Shown here: in pieces, positions 25,775-37,399 of the stretch
Layout of the letters: every line of letters starts with the position of its first letter
How positions within the stretch are numbered: position 1 is the first letter of the stretch
Source of the DNA: Euprymna scolopes
Lineage: Eukaryota
Assembly: GCA_053919585.1 (NCBI GenBank)
Contig: CM132790.1
DNA length: 64,000 nt
Strand: one strand, 5' to 3'
The notes under the pieces: generated by a model
The model's input: the letters and a program-made list of their open reading frames with translations, nothing else
Databases searched by the model: none
Told to the model about the DNA's origin: nothing
Made by a program: the position numbers and the translations under genes

Positions 25775-27570
25775 AACAAGGCCGATAGCAAATCGTCGCG
25801 TGCCCTCGTGTATTGACATGAAATTCTTAACGATAAACCAAAATGGCCGAAACATAGGTTGAAATGACTTAAATAAATAAAAAGTAAATGAGTTAGAATG
25901 CCTTTAATGAAATTAAGTATGAATTGAATGAGCTTAAGAATCACGTAAATGCTTTAAAAAGAACTGGATTCTTTCATAAACATATTTAGATGATGTGGAG
26001 AATAACTTGAATGGCTTTGAGACAGTCTGGTTGTAAAATGGGTGGAGATTTTACATGAAATAAATACAGAAAAGTTATCCCCCCACTTTATATCACAAAG
26101 TAACAAACATAAGTGCAGCATGTAGTAAGAACAGATACTACATTTTGATATTAGCCAAAAAGGACAAGAAAAGGGTATTTATTTGCTCCCCCACCAAGCA
26201 AATTAGAGACAAGGCCGATTTTAAATGTGAGAAGTGAAGAGTAAATAGGGACCAGCTCCCGGGGGAGCGAGGATAAGGGTAGTTACAATTGGTATAAAGG
26301 ATTTGACCTACATTTACCACGGTCGTATATATAAGTATAGTTCTTGCTGCCGTATCTGCCGGAAAAGATACTACCTGATCTTGTTCAAAAGGCCAAGAAA
26401 AGAGTATTTATTTCCTCCCCCACGAAGCAAATAAGGCACAAGATTTTTAATGTGAGGAGTGAAGGGGAAATTGCACCCAACTCCCCGGGGAGTAGGGGAG
26501 CTGGATAGTGACAATTGTTAGGAAGGGTGCGCCCTACATTGACCAAGGACTTATATGTGGGATCGCCCCAACATATGGTCTTACCTTGCAGTATCTGCCG
26601 AAAGATATACTATACTTTGCTCTTGGCCAAAAAGCCAAGAAAAGGGTATTTATTTGCTCCCACCTCAAGCAAATTAGTCACAAGACCGAATTTTTCTGGG
26701 AGGAGTGAAGGGGAAATAGGCACCAACTCCCCGGGGAGTAGCTGAGCTGAATAGTGACAATTTGCAGGAAGGAGTTGTATTCATTTGCTCCCCCAACAAG
26801 CAAATTAAGCACAATCCCGATTTTTAATGTGAGGAGTGAACGGGGATATAGGGGACCAACTCCCGGGGGAGTAGGGGCGGTGGATAATGACAATTGGTAT
26901 GAACGGTCACCCCTCAATTTACCAAGGTCTTATATGTCTGGCTGCCCCCACATATGGTCTTAGCTTGCAGTATCTGCCGAAACAGATACTATATTTTGAT
27001 CTTGGCCAAAAGGCCAAGAAAAGGGTATTTATTTGCTCTCGCCCCAAACAAATAAGACACAACGCCGAATTTTAGTGGAAGGAGTGAAGGGGAAATGGGT
27101 GCCAACTTTCCAGGGAGTAGTGGAGCTGGATAGTGACAATTGGTATGAAGGGTTGGTATTTATTTGCTCCCCCACCGAGCAAATTAGGCACAACCCTGAA
27201 TTTTAATGTGAGGAGTGAACTGGGATATGGGGACCAACTCCCTGAGAAGTAGGGGAGCTGTATAGTGACAATTAGTCGGAAGGGTTTCCCCTACATTGAC
27301 CAAGGTCTTATATGTGGGGTTGCCCCCATATATGGTCTTTGCATGCAGTATCTAGCGGAACAGATACTACATTTTAATCTTGGTCAAAAGGCCAAGAAAA
27401 GCTTAAAAAGTTACAAAGTAAAGAACAGCATCTATTAAGAACATGCCATTGATCTTAACCAAAAAGGCCAGTACAAGACTGTTATAGACAGGCCGACAGG
27501 CCGACCGACCGACTGACGGACCGACAGACCGACTGAGGGACTTATAGAGTTGCTTGCACGCGAGTTAAAA
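25775..27570 (-). mobile_element. Non-autonomous Helentron-type (HINE/DINE-1-like) element with internal tandem array, inserted in gag
   Basis: Sub-terminal inverted motif tcgcgtgc (25796) / gcacgcga (27556); imperfect terminal palindrome agttgcttgcacgcgagt; (GACC/GACA)n tract 27488-27535. Inserted in an A-run with no TSD, and removal restores the gag frame. Confidence 0.8.
26130..27401. repeat. Composite tandem array of two ~120 bp subunits
   Basis: Unit A (ggtatttatttgctccc...gatagtgacaatt) at ~26174, 26403, 26644, 26775, 27022 and 27156. Unit B (ccctacattgaccaagg...ggccaagaaaa) at ~26299, 26525, 26903 and 27281. Confidence 0.95.
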
Positions 27571-27754
27571 TACTGTAACACGTGTGGAGGAAAGAATCAC
27601 TTCAGAAATGCGGGCTACTTCAAAAGCAAAATATGCTGTAAGTGCGAACGTAAAGGACACAAGTTAACAGTATGCAAAAAGGAGAAATATTAAAGCCTGA
27701 AAAAAGACCATTGTAGTTTAAAAAACTCCATGTACGGCAAAAACAAGGAAATAT

Positions 27755-29127
27755 ATAAGTCTTCTGTGTGTTATGAGTAAGTTGCTGGAATCCATATTAA
27801 ATAGAGAAATAGTCAACCACCTCAGCAGGAATAACCCTCTTAGTGACACACAATATGGTTTCCGCTCTGACAGATCTACCGCAGATGTGCTGACGGTTAT
27901 ATCCCACAGGATTAGTGAATGTCTTGACAAAGGCTTCCTTTCTAGGGCAATTGCTCTTGACATATCAAAGGCCTTCGACAAGGTATGCCATAAGGGTCTA
28001 CTTCACATGATTTCCAGCTGCGGTATAACTGGAAATGTTTTCTCAATCATTAAATCATTTCTCTCCGATAGGCTCATAAGAGTAGTGGTAGATGAACAAA
28101 AATCGGAGGCCTGCAATATAAATGCTGGAGTCCCTCATGGGTCAATACTGGGCCCAACTCTCTTCCTGATCTACATCAATGACCTCCCTAAACACACACT
28201 TCAATCATTCGTTGACATCTATGCTGATGACACGACCATCTACGGCAACACATCAAAGGCTGTAAATGACAAAGTTCTCTCTGATTCTCTCACATCTGAT
28301 CTCGAGCGCGCGGTTCATTGGGGAAAGATGTGGTTGTTTACCTTTAATGCATCAAACCCAAACTCGTATCCTTACATCATAAACGCGCTGATCCCCAGCT
28401 GGCATCAATTGCGATGGATGGCTCTCGTCTGGGTGAGGCCCCGTGTTTTGATAAGCTTCTGAGATTGACCTTTACTCCTTATCCCAAATGGAACACCTAC
28501 ATCAAGTCTGTTGCCAAGGTCGCTGGTTAGATGGTGGGATCCTTCTACAGCTCCAGGAGCTATCGCACTACTGATGCAATGATCTATCTATATAAAAGCC
28601 AAGTACGTCCAAGGATGAAATACTGCTGCCATATCTGGGCAGGGTCTGCTAAAAGCAGCCTATCCTGCCTTGACAGTAAAAAATAGACTTCGTGGCTTAG
28701 TGGGGGATGCCCTTTTCTCTACACGACAACCTCTCTCCCACAGACGAGGCGTTGCGAGCCTATCCTTGTTTTATCGTAATTTCCATGGCAGGTGCTCGTC
28801 TGAACTCAACTCTCTGGTCTCCCCTCGCCAATCTTTCACGAAAAACACCCGTCTAGCTGAATCAACTGTGAAGAATTTCCCCCACTCTATATCTATGCCT
28901 AAATCAAAACGCGGATTCCATGAACAAAGCTTCTTTCTAAGAACTGCACGCATGTGGAACACTGTTCCGTTTGCATGCTTCCCTCCAGACTACAACTGGG
29001 ATGTCTTCAAGTCCAATGTTAACAAATTCCTAATGGACCGCCCCCTTAACGTAATGTACTGTCAATATCCCTTATCCCTGAGTGGCTTCCGGGCCTCGAT
29101 ATGTTGTGATAACTGTGTAAAAAAAAA
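27755..29127 (+). mobile_element. 5'-truncated LINE nested at the Gypsy gag/protease junction
   Basis: ORF 27773-28462 (QYGFR, LDISKAFDKV, GVPHGSILGP, YADD); tail and A-run; probable TSD aaatatat. Confidence 0.95.
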
Positions 29128-29762
29128 TATATATATATTGAAGTTAGATTGAATTGCCGGAAAGTATACTGTCTTTTGAATACTGGAATTTAAATATCCT
29201 GATTGATGAAACAAAATTGGTCCTCCGAAGCTGCAAAACATAAAGAAAATGAGCAAGGAATGTCTGGAAATAGGTGAATTTTCTATCAATGTGACTCTGA
29301 ATGAAATGATGTTACAAACTAAAATGTATGTGATACCTGGCAAAAATACTAATCTATTCGGTACACATTTGACGATATTTTTCAATTTATGGGAGAAACC
29401 AATAAACTCATTTTGAAAAAGACCAAATGTGACAGGATTTTACTCGCAAACTGTCAGGAAGGGTTGTTGGTGATTTGAAGAAGAATTTTAAAAAAAATAT
29501 TTTCTGAAGGCCTCGGCTGCTGCACTAGAACGGAAGTGAAATTTGAACTGAAAGATGAAGCGAAACCGGTGTTTAAAATCAAAAGGAAGGTTTCGTATTC
29601 GGCAATAGAAATAATCCAGAAAGAATTAAATAGACTCGAAGAAATCGAAGTAATAAAAACAGTGGACTGCTCTGAATGAGCATTACCCACAGTTCATGTG
29701 AAAAGGAAAAAAAAATCAGGGTATGTGGGGATTTTGCGACGGGACTGAACGATTCCGTAAAG

Positions 29763-32700
29763 CAGCGGTTCTCAACCTTTTTGGACCCATGGGCCCCTTT
29801 TCCCTTCTTTTTTTTCTTGGTGGACCCCCTTATAATTTTTGGCCATAAAACAATATTCTATTTCTCAATATAATTTTTTGAGCTTTTAATAAACAAATAA
29901 ATATTATATAATTAAACTTTATTTTTAAATGAAAACTAATTTAATGCAAATAAAGTATTTTACAACAATTATAATCATGAATACTTGATTATCGCTAACT
30001 GTTTTTTTGTGTTTTTGTTTATGTAAATTCACGTAATGGAATGAATGTGTGTGTGTGTGTGTGTGTGTGTGTCTGTGTGTGTGTGTGTGTGTGTGTGGTT
30101 TTGGTACTTATGCAGGATACGGGCCGTGCTATTTTGTAGATAGGAGTTTTAAGTTATACTCAATTTTTACGGTATGTTTTGTTCCATTTAATTGTTAGGC
30201 GAATGTACATACATCTTAACTTTTTCCCGGATATCGCCCCCAAAAGCTATTTTTTACTTAAGTTAATTCATAATCGCTTCCAAGAATAAATAATAACAAA
30301 TATTGTAATTATGACTAACCAGCACTAGAAAAAAACTTTTTTCATGCAAATGGAAAACAAATTAATTAAAAATAATTTTATTGCAAATTTACAAGAAATG
30401 TAGAGAGTCTAACTAGTGTGAGCCCTGAGATTAGTGATGTTTCGCTAAAAATTCAATGTCAGGTTTAATATTACTCAAGCAGATACGAATATCTCCACGA
30501 GAAATAATGTCAAATTTGTGTCGTTCCTTCTGTAAAATGTGATTTAGATGCTGAATCCAGTTTCGACAAGATATGATATTGGGAAACACAAAAGGATGTT
30601 TGACATTTCTCACCACAAATTTGGATACAGTGATTTTACAGTGTTTGATTGCCAAAATGCCCACAAAGTTTCTCTTTTGAACTTGATTTGCAATTCATCA
30701 TTGCATTTTATCTCGATGATTTCCTCCTGGATATTTTCGTGTGCACTGAGAGGATCACAATCGAATGGGTCAATCATCCATGGCTCAATAGTGAAGTCAA
30801 ATAAATCGGAAAATCTGATTTCTAGATCATTTTTCATGGCTGACAGATGGGTACAATAAATAACAATGTCATTTTCACATAAGTCGATTTCCGCTAGTTC
30901 GGGTATATTATCAAATTGCCTTCGTTTTAAATTAATTTGAAACATATTAAGTTTTTCAACAAAAGCTCTCATCACCCGTTTACAGTCTATTAGGGCTATC
31001 ATTTTTCCTTGCAGCAGAAGAGAGACTTCATTTAACTTACGGAAGATCCAACTAAGATAGTGTATATTTTTCTTTTGAGCTTGAATTTCGATAGCTAAGT
31101 CTGACTGTCCTTCTGTTTGTATGAATACAACTATTGCATTAAATAAGTTTACAAATCTTTGCAAACAGTTGCCTTTGGATAGCCACCGGACATCGGTATG
31201 CAAAAGGAGTCTTATATATTGTTCGACAGTATCAACACAAAATTTTCGAAAAAGACGGTCACATTTACTGTTAGATTTGATTTTGTTTATTGTTTTTGTA
31301 ACTGTATTCATTGACTGATTTAGGATAGGGCTGAAATTTTTGGCCATGAGTTGATGCCTATGTAGCACACAGTGTATAGCTAAAATATCGGGGCACAGCT
31401 TTTTCAAAAAAGAAATAAATCCTTTGTGTCTTCCCACCATAGCCATTGCACCATCAGTAACACATGAAACTAAATTTTTAGTATATGGAATATCTTTTTC
31501 TTCAAAAAGAGTTTTCACAGCAGAAAATATGAAAGCGCCTGTAGTGTCAGTCTCCAACAGTTTTACAAACAATAAATCGTCTAGTAATGCACAATTATTA
31601 TCAAAATATCTGGCATATCCCATTAAAAGAGCCTTATTGTCAACAACAGTACTTTCGTCGATTTGAATGGAAAAAGTTTGTAGTTTTCAATCTTTGAATT
31701 AGTAAGTTTTCGATATACTCTGACATTTCATCAATTCTCCTACTGATAGAATCATTACTCAAAGGTATTGCCTTAATGAGGGATGAAGGATCTTGATTCA
31801 TAATTTCTGTTATTACTGCTTCTACTGCAGGCTTAATAATCTTTTCAGCTGTCGTATGTGAGCTACCTGTTTTCGCAATAATTTCATCAATTTTGTAGGA
31901 GGCAATTAGTCCACCGTCATTAATTTTTGTCTGCTTCTTAAATAATGAAATCAAAGTACTACGACTTTCTAACGCAGATTTCAATTCCTGAAAATATTCG
32001 ATAGGCTTACTGACTTTATCGGGGTGTTTTCTTCTCATGTGGTCTGAAAGCCGAGAGGGTTTCATGGCTTCATTGAATAAAGATTGATGACACATGAGGC
32101 AACAGGGCTGCTTTGGGTCTGTAGAGTTTTTGATGAATCAATATTGTAAGTACCCATCGATATAATGTCGACACTTTTTTTTTTGCCGAGCTTGCCATAA
32201 AAAATAAGGGTGCGAGCTGAAATAAACTAGCGTATGGTCGCAAGAAAAAAATACGGACAAATTGAGTAAGATTAAATTATTTTTATTCTCAACACAAAGC
32301 AAAAGGTTGTTTGTTTGTTTTTTTATTATTTCCTTGATGGCGTCGACGGCAACGGTGAGTTTGTTGATTCGGCAGTCGGTGACGGCGGTGGTGCGAGAGC
32401 TTACCACGATGGTGGCGACTATGGGGAGGCGATGATGTCGGCGGTGAAGTTTATTGATACATCAATCGGTGATATCAGAGAAGCGGCGGCGGCGTGGGTG
32501 ATAGCCTTGTTGTTGATGTTAGCAGTAATGACGGAGCGAGTTTTATAAACGTGATGCTCGTTTTGTCGCTTGTTGTTTTAATGCGTGTTCCTCCATTGGT
32601 CGCCGGCTGGAAAGAGCAGTAGAGAACTCGAATTTCGCGCCAAGTCTATTTTTCTTCGTTTTCCTTCGGAGCTCTCCGGAAACGGTGCACGCTCAGTGTG

Positions 32701-33059
32701 TCACCGTCCGACATTAGTTCCGGATATTGAGTTAGTGTTTTGTTTATGTAAATATGAACGAATCTGTAATATAACAGAGCGAATGAAAATTGTAAACACT
32801 TGTAAGACAATGTCACTGGAGAATCGGATTTACTGAAATAAATTGAATATTCAAAACTGACAATTCATTTATAAGAAAGCAATTCATAGGTCACGTGACC
32901 ACAGTTTCGCATTAATAGTTTAGCTACACGTTTATAATTTCAAAAAATTTACTCGCACAAATGTCAAAATTTTTCACAGATAAAATTGATTGAAAATCGC
33001 CCCCCAAAATTTGATTTTCGCCCACTTGTGAGCGATTCGCCCCTGGTTAAGAACCGCAG
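29763..33059 (-). mobile_element. hAT DNA transposon, Buster/Charlie type, nested in the Gypsy RT
   Basis: TIRs cagcggttctcaacc / ggttaagaaccgcag; 8 bp TSD ccgTAaag / cctTAacg. Confidence 0.95.
30413..32198 (-). pseudogene. Frameshifted hAT transposase (ZBED5/SCAND3-like family)
   Basis: BED finger CLMC..NEAMKPSRLSDHMRRKH; PLSNDSISRRI; TDGA.AM.G; HCVLHR; VRWLSKG; C-terminal RGDIRICLS. Split over ORFs 31640-32095, 30610-31623 and 30431-30664. Confidence 0.95.
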
Positions 33060-35368
33060 CCTTAACGGATCATAACTATCCATTCCATACTCCTCTGGAA
33101 ATATTTTCTCAGATTAATTGGGGGAAAATGTTCACAAAAATTGACTTGTCAGAAGCATATTTGCAGGTCAAAATCCACGAGGACTGTTCTAAATACCTGA
33201 CAGTGAATACTCATAAAAGATGGTTTTCCTTAAAACGATTGCCGTTTGGTTCGAAAGTATCACCAGATTTTCCAAACAAATCATGGATAATATGATAGCA
33301 GAATTTGATTTACCAATGGCTTATTTAGACGACATTTTTATGAGAAGCAAATATGCTGAAGAACATAAAAAACATATTCGGAAAGTATTCGAGAAAATAG
33401 AAGACTACGGAGTTAATGTGGGTCTGGAAAAATGTAATTTTGGTATGGACAAGATTGAATATTTTGGACAAATATTTGATTAGAAAGGTAGAAGACCTAA
33501 CCCAACTATGACAGATGCAATTATAAGCATTCCTAGACCAGAGATGTAATGAACTTAGAGTCATTCTTAAGTCTAGCAAACTACTATTATCGGATCTAGT
33601 GTTAGCACATTACAATCACAAAAAGGATTTAATTGTAGCAGCAGATGCGAGCGAATACGGTTTAGGAACTGTGCTTCTACCCAGAATTGGAAATAGATTT
33701 ACTAAACCAATTTTTCACGCCTCGGAGGATTTATTACCCACTGAAAGAAAGTATAGTCAGATCGAAAAAGAGGGTCTGGAGATTGTGTATGCCGTGAGAA
33801 ATTTACATAGATTCATTAATGGAAGATCTTTCGTCTTGGAAACAGACGATAAACAATTACTATCGAGAAAAGAGAAGCGTACTCATACGGCAAATAGATT
33901 ACACAGAGGGTGTATTATTTAGCTCAATTACGATTTAAATATGAAACACCTAGCATCAAGTAAAATTACACATTCAGATGGTTTGTCGAGAGTTATCCCT
34001 AGTAAAAATGAATTGGAGGAAACTGTTATAACAGCATTAAAAGAAAAAATGAAGTGACATATATATTAATAAATACTGTTAGGGAACTGTCTGTTACACT
34101 TGAGAAAATAAAAAAAGCAGCGAAAACAGATAAATATATTAATAAGATAAAACAAGTGGGGCAAGACGAAAATAATAGAAAAGGATTAAAAGTGTTTCCA
34201 TTTTCTATGTGTGATGAAACTGCGATGCACGCAGACAGAGTGGTAATACTGCAAGTATTACAAAAGAAAATCCTAAGGGAAATTCACATGGGACATCTTG
34301 GTATTTCTAGAATGAAGGCCCAAATTAGAGGATTCACATACTGGCCTGGAATGTATCAGGACATTGAGAAAATGGTGAAATTCTATAAAGGTTGCAAACT
34401 AGCCGCAAGATCTCCCTCATACAGACGCAACCCTGGCCTAAAACAGATATACCCTAAACGCGCATGCATATCAATTATGCAGGACACCTGGAGGGATATT
34501 ATTACTTAGTAATCGTAGATAGTATGTCAAAATGGCCAGCCATTTTTAAATACAAACACTCTACAGCGGCAAACACAATAAAAACGCTAGACGAGACATT
34601 TAGTCGGTTCGGAGTTCCGAAAACAATTGCTAGTGATAATTGTACTATGTTCACAGGTCAAGAATTCATGCACTACTGTGAGACACTGGCCATTGAACAC
34701 ATTACAACACCAACTTTTAACACTCGATCAAACTTACAAGCGGAAAGATGTGTCGATACTTTTAAACGAGCTTTAAAAAGAATAATACCATCGACACGGA
34801 AGAAAAAAGCATTAAAAAATTATTAGCAATATAGGGGATAACACCAAATCGAAATACAAATGCTAAATTATCCCCAGCTGAATTTATATTTGCCAGTAAC
34901 GTACGTTCGGTGCTCGACCGGTTAATACCAAGAGAAAAAAGGACAAAATATCAAGGTTATTGTATGGTGCAAGTCTTAAAACGACGGGGATAAAGTTTTC
35001 TTCAAAAATTATCGGGCAGGGAAGAGTTTTTAGGAAGAAGGCATGATCTCAAAAAAAATTGGAAGAATGTTTTGCATTATAAAAGGTCTGATTTTTCTGC
35101 AAAAAAGCATATTAACCAACCGACATTTCGATACATAGAAACAGTCAGACACTAACAGTTACCAATATACATCCTCTAAACAAGGAAGTATCAGTAACTC
35201 AGAAATCCGATAAATCTCCAAAAGTAAAAAAAAAAAAAAAAATTGGCAAACGGTGAGGAGAAGTGAAAGGAAAAGGAAAATGACTGAATTTATTGGACAA
35301 AGTTTAAAAAGGAAAAAAAATGGTAGAAGCAAAATTCTATGGAAGCATTTAGTTTGAGAGGAAGATAA

Positions 35369-35548
35369 TATAATGGGATGGCATAACACCCCTTTATAGA
35401 TGAAATGAACTGTAGATATATTGAACTTCTCTCGTGAATGAGACAGGAAGAGAATAAGGAAAGAGGTCGGTTAACGCTTGTTTCACATATATTCCCTTGT
35501 AAATAAACCGCTTTGTGTTTTACCCATAACCCCGTGTTTCTTGATGCA
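35369..35548 (+). repeat. Gypsy 3' LTR
   Basis: Diverged direct repeat of 24405-24599, preceded by the PPT. Confidence 0.9.
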
Positions 35549-37399
35549 TTCTTATTTAAAGTATAGATATAACAGATATGAAAAGAGTTTACTGCAACTT
35601 GTAAATATACTGAACACTTACATCGACTTGCAGTCAACATTTATATATATATATATATATATAAAACAATTGAATAAGCATGCTTCGTGATACCTCTTAA
35701 GCTTAATTATTTTTCGTCGATTATAAGATGCTAAAAAATCGTCGTTGAAGTTATGGCCAGATTACATACAAGGCGCTCTCGGTTTTACAGTGATACGGAC
35801 GGATTTGTGACATACTTCTGTTAGGAAATGGTAGGCGAAAGAATTAAGCGATAGAGAATTACGTGTTATATAACAAATGTAGGATGACACCTGTTAAACT
35901 GAGCAAATAAATAACGTCCAGATTAAATGCCCCAAAATACATAAATTTTAGATATCGCCATTCAAAACCATTTTTGGCTCAAGCAAAGTAAACATGTAGT
36001 GAAGTTATTTACGGCATTATTCGCAAGAAAGCATAAATAATTATATGGAGTTATCCACGTGTTGATTGTTCTTAATTAAGTAGACGTGTCTTTATATATA
36101 GTCTATTTTGAAGTTCTTAGAGCATATTAAACCTTGAAGGATTATATCCAGACAAATCAGCAAGATTTCGAATGCGATATTAAATGATCAATGCTATATT
36201 TGCTTTTATAATTTATATAGAACACATGATAGTATTTGCAACGGTTCACGGATAAGGTGAATACAAAGATCTAAACAAAATTATTATTAAAAGCAAAAAA
36301 AAGATCAGCCATAAAAATTGTATTACTCGGATTTTTTAAACTTCTGATCTAATGTCCTATATTAGTCGCACAGCCTTTTAACCCATCTAACATAAAACAT
36401 TTTGTAAGTCTATCTGGTGGATATGGAGACATGTTCACAGGATAGCGAACTGATCATGGGGTTTATATGATCTTGTTTGATCAAGTAAACAGCGGAATGA
36501 ATTCATGAGTAATTTACAATTAAATGTTATCTCGTATGAAACAATCAGTTAAATGTAACGTACGAAGTATTAATTTATGAAGCAGTTTATGCATCATATA
36601 GTTTCCTTGGAGCGGTCTGGATTCATCTAACTTATTTTTGTTTATTATTGAGCTTAATTTTGATACGATGCAGTGAAGTAGGCCTTATGAAATGTAGTTG
36701 TGCAAAATATATCTATAAATAGGTATTATAAATGATAAAGATGTGTTCGAATGAGCAAGAATTTATCACATCCACACTAACCTTGACTGTTAACACTCAA
36801 TGAGCTAGCAAATTTTCTTTGAAATCCACTTGCATGATATCGCAAAAACATATGTATTGCAGTCATTATTTTCTATTAATTTATTTATTTTTTCTAGGTT
36901 TGACTAAATTTCTGAGCAGTTAAACTGCACTTATCTTTCTTTTGCTCTTTTTTCTGTTGTTTTGTTTTCTCCTAATTATATCTGCACGATTTACTAAACA
37001 CTGATAAATGATTTCTCACCAGTATGCATGTTTTCTTAACCTGTCTAAACTTAGGAACCAAGCCACAAATCGCTCTACTCTAAACCAGCTTTAAAACGGG
37101 TTCTTCCAAATAAATCAATACAAAAAACGACCTCACAAACTGAAAGTTCCATTACGATATCCTATAAAGGCAACACTCGAATAGTCAAATAATTCTCAAT
37201 CGACGGTAAATAAAGCCAAAAAGAAAAAAAATATTTACGCATAATTTTTTGAGGGAAGATTATTTTCCAATATTCTCCTAAACCGAGAACGGAGTAACCG
37301 ACTTATATTATTACATTTTTATTTTATTTGAATTTTTCCCTATTTATTTATCTATAAAATTTATTTTTTTTTATTTTTTATTTTTGTATTATTTTAATG

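Larger units (their letters stand above)
24405..35548 (+). mobile_element. Degenerate Ty3/Gypsy LTR retrotransposon with three nested insertions
   Basis: Paired LTRs, PBS tggtgacag (24602), PPT gagaggaaga (~35356). gag with Cys/His knuckles (27574-27680), protease region (~29140), RT (IRVCGDF..GLND, AYLDDI), RNase H (AADASEYGLG, YSQIEKEGL), integrase (HMGHLG, VDSMSKWP, SDN, AERCVDTFK). Domain order RT-RH-IN. Confidence 0.95.

Noticed and set aside
26130-27401. CRISPR-like appearance of this array and of 17752-18180
   Set aside because: No unique spacers, units exceed 100 bp, no cas genes, eukaryotic context.
30413-32198. Domesticated ZBED5/SCAND3-like host gene
   Set aside because: Frameshifted and flanked by TIRs and a TSD.
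32315-32836. Plus-strand ORFs in a GC-rich patch
   Set aside because: Lie in the hAT 5' non-coding region, are low complexity and show no domain.
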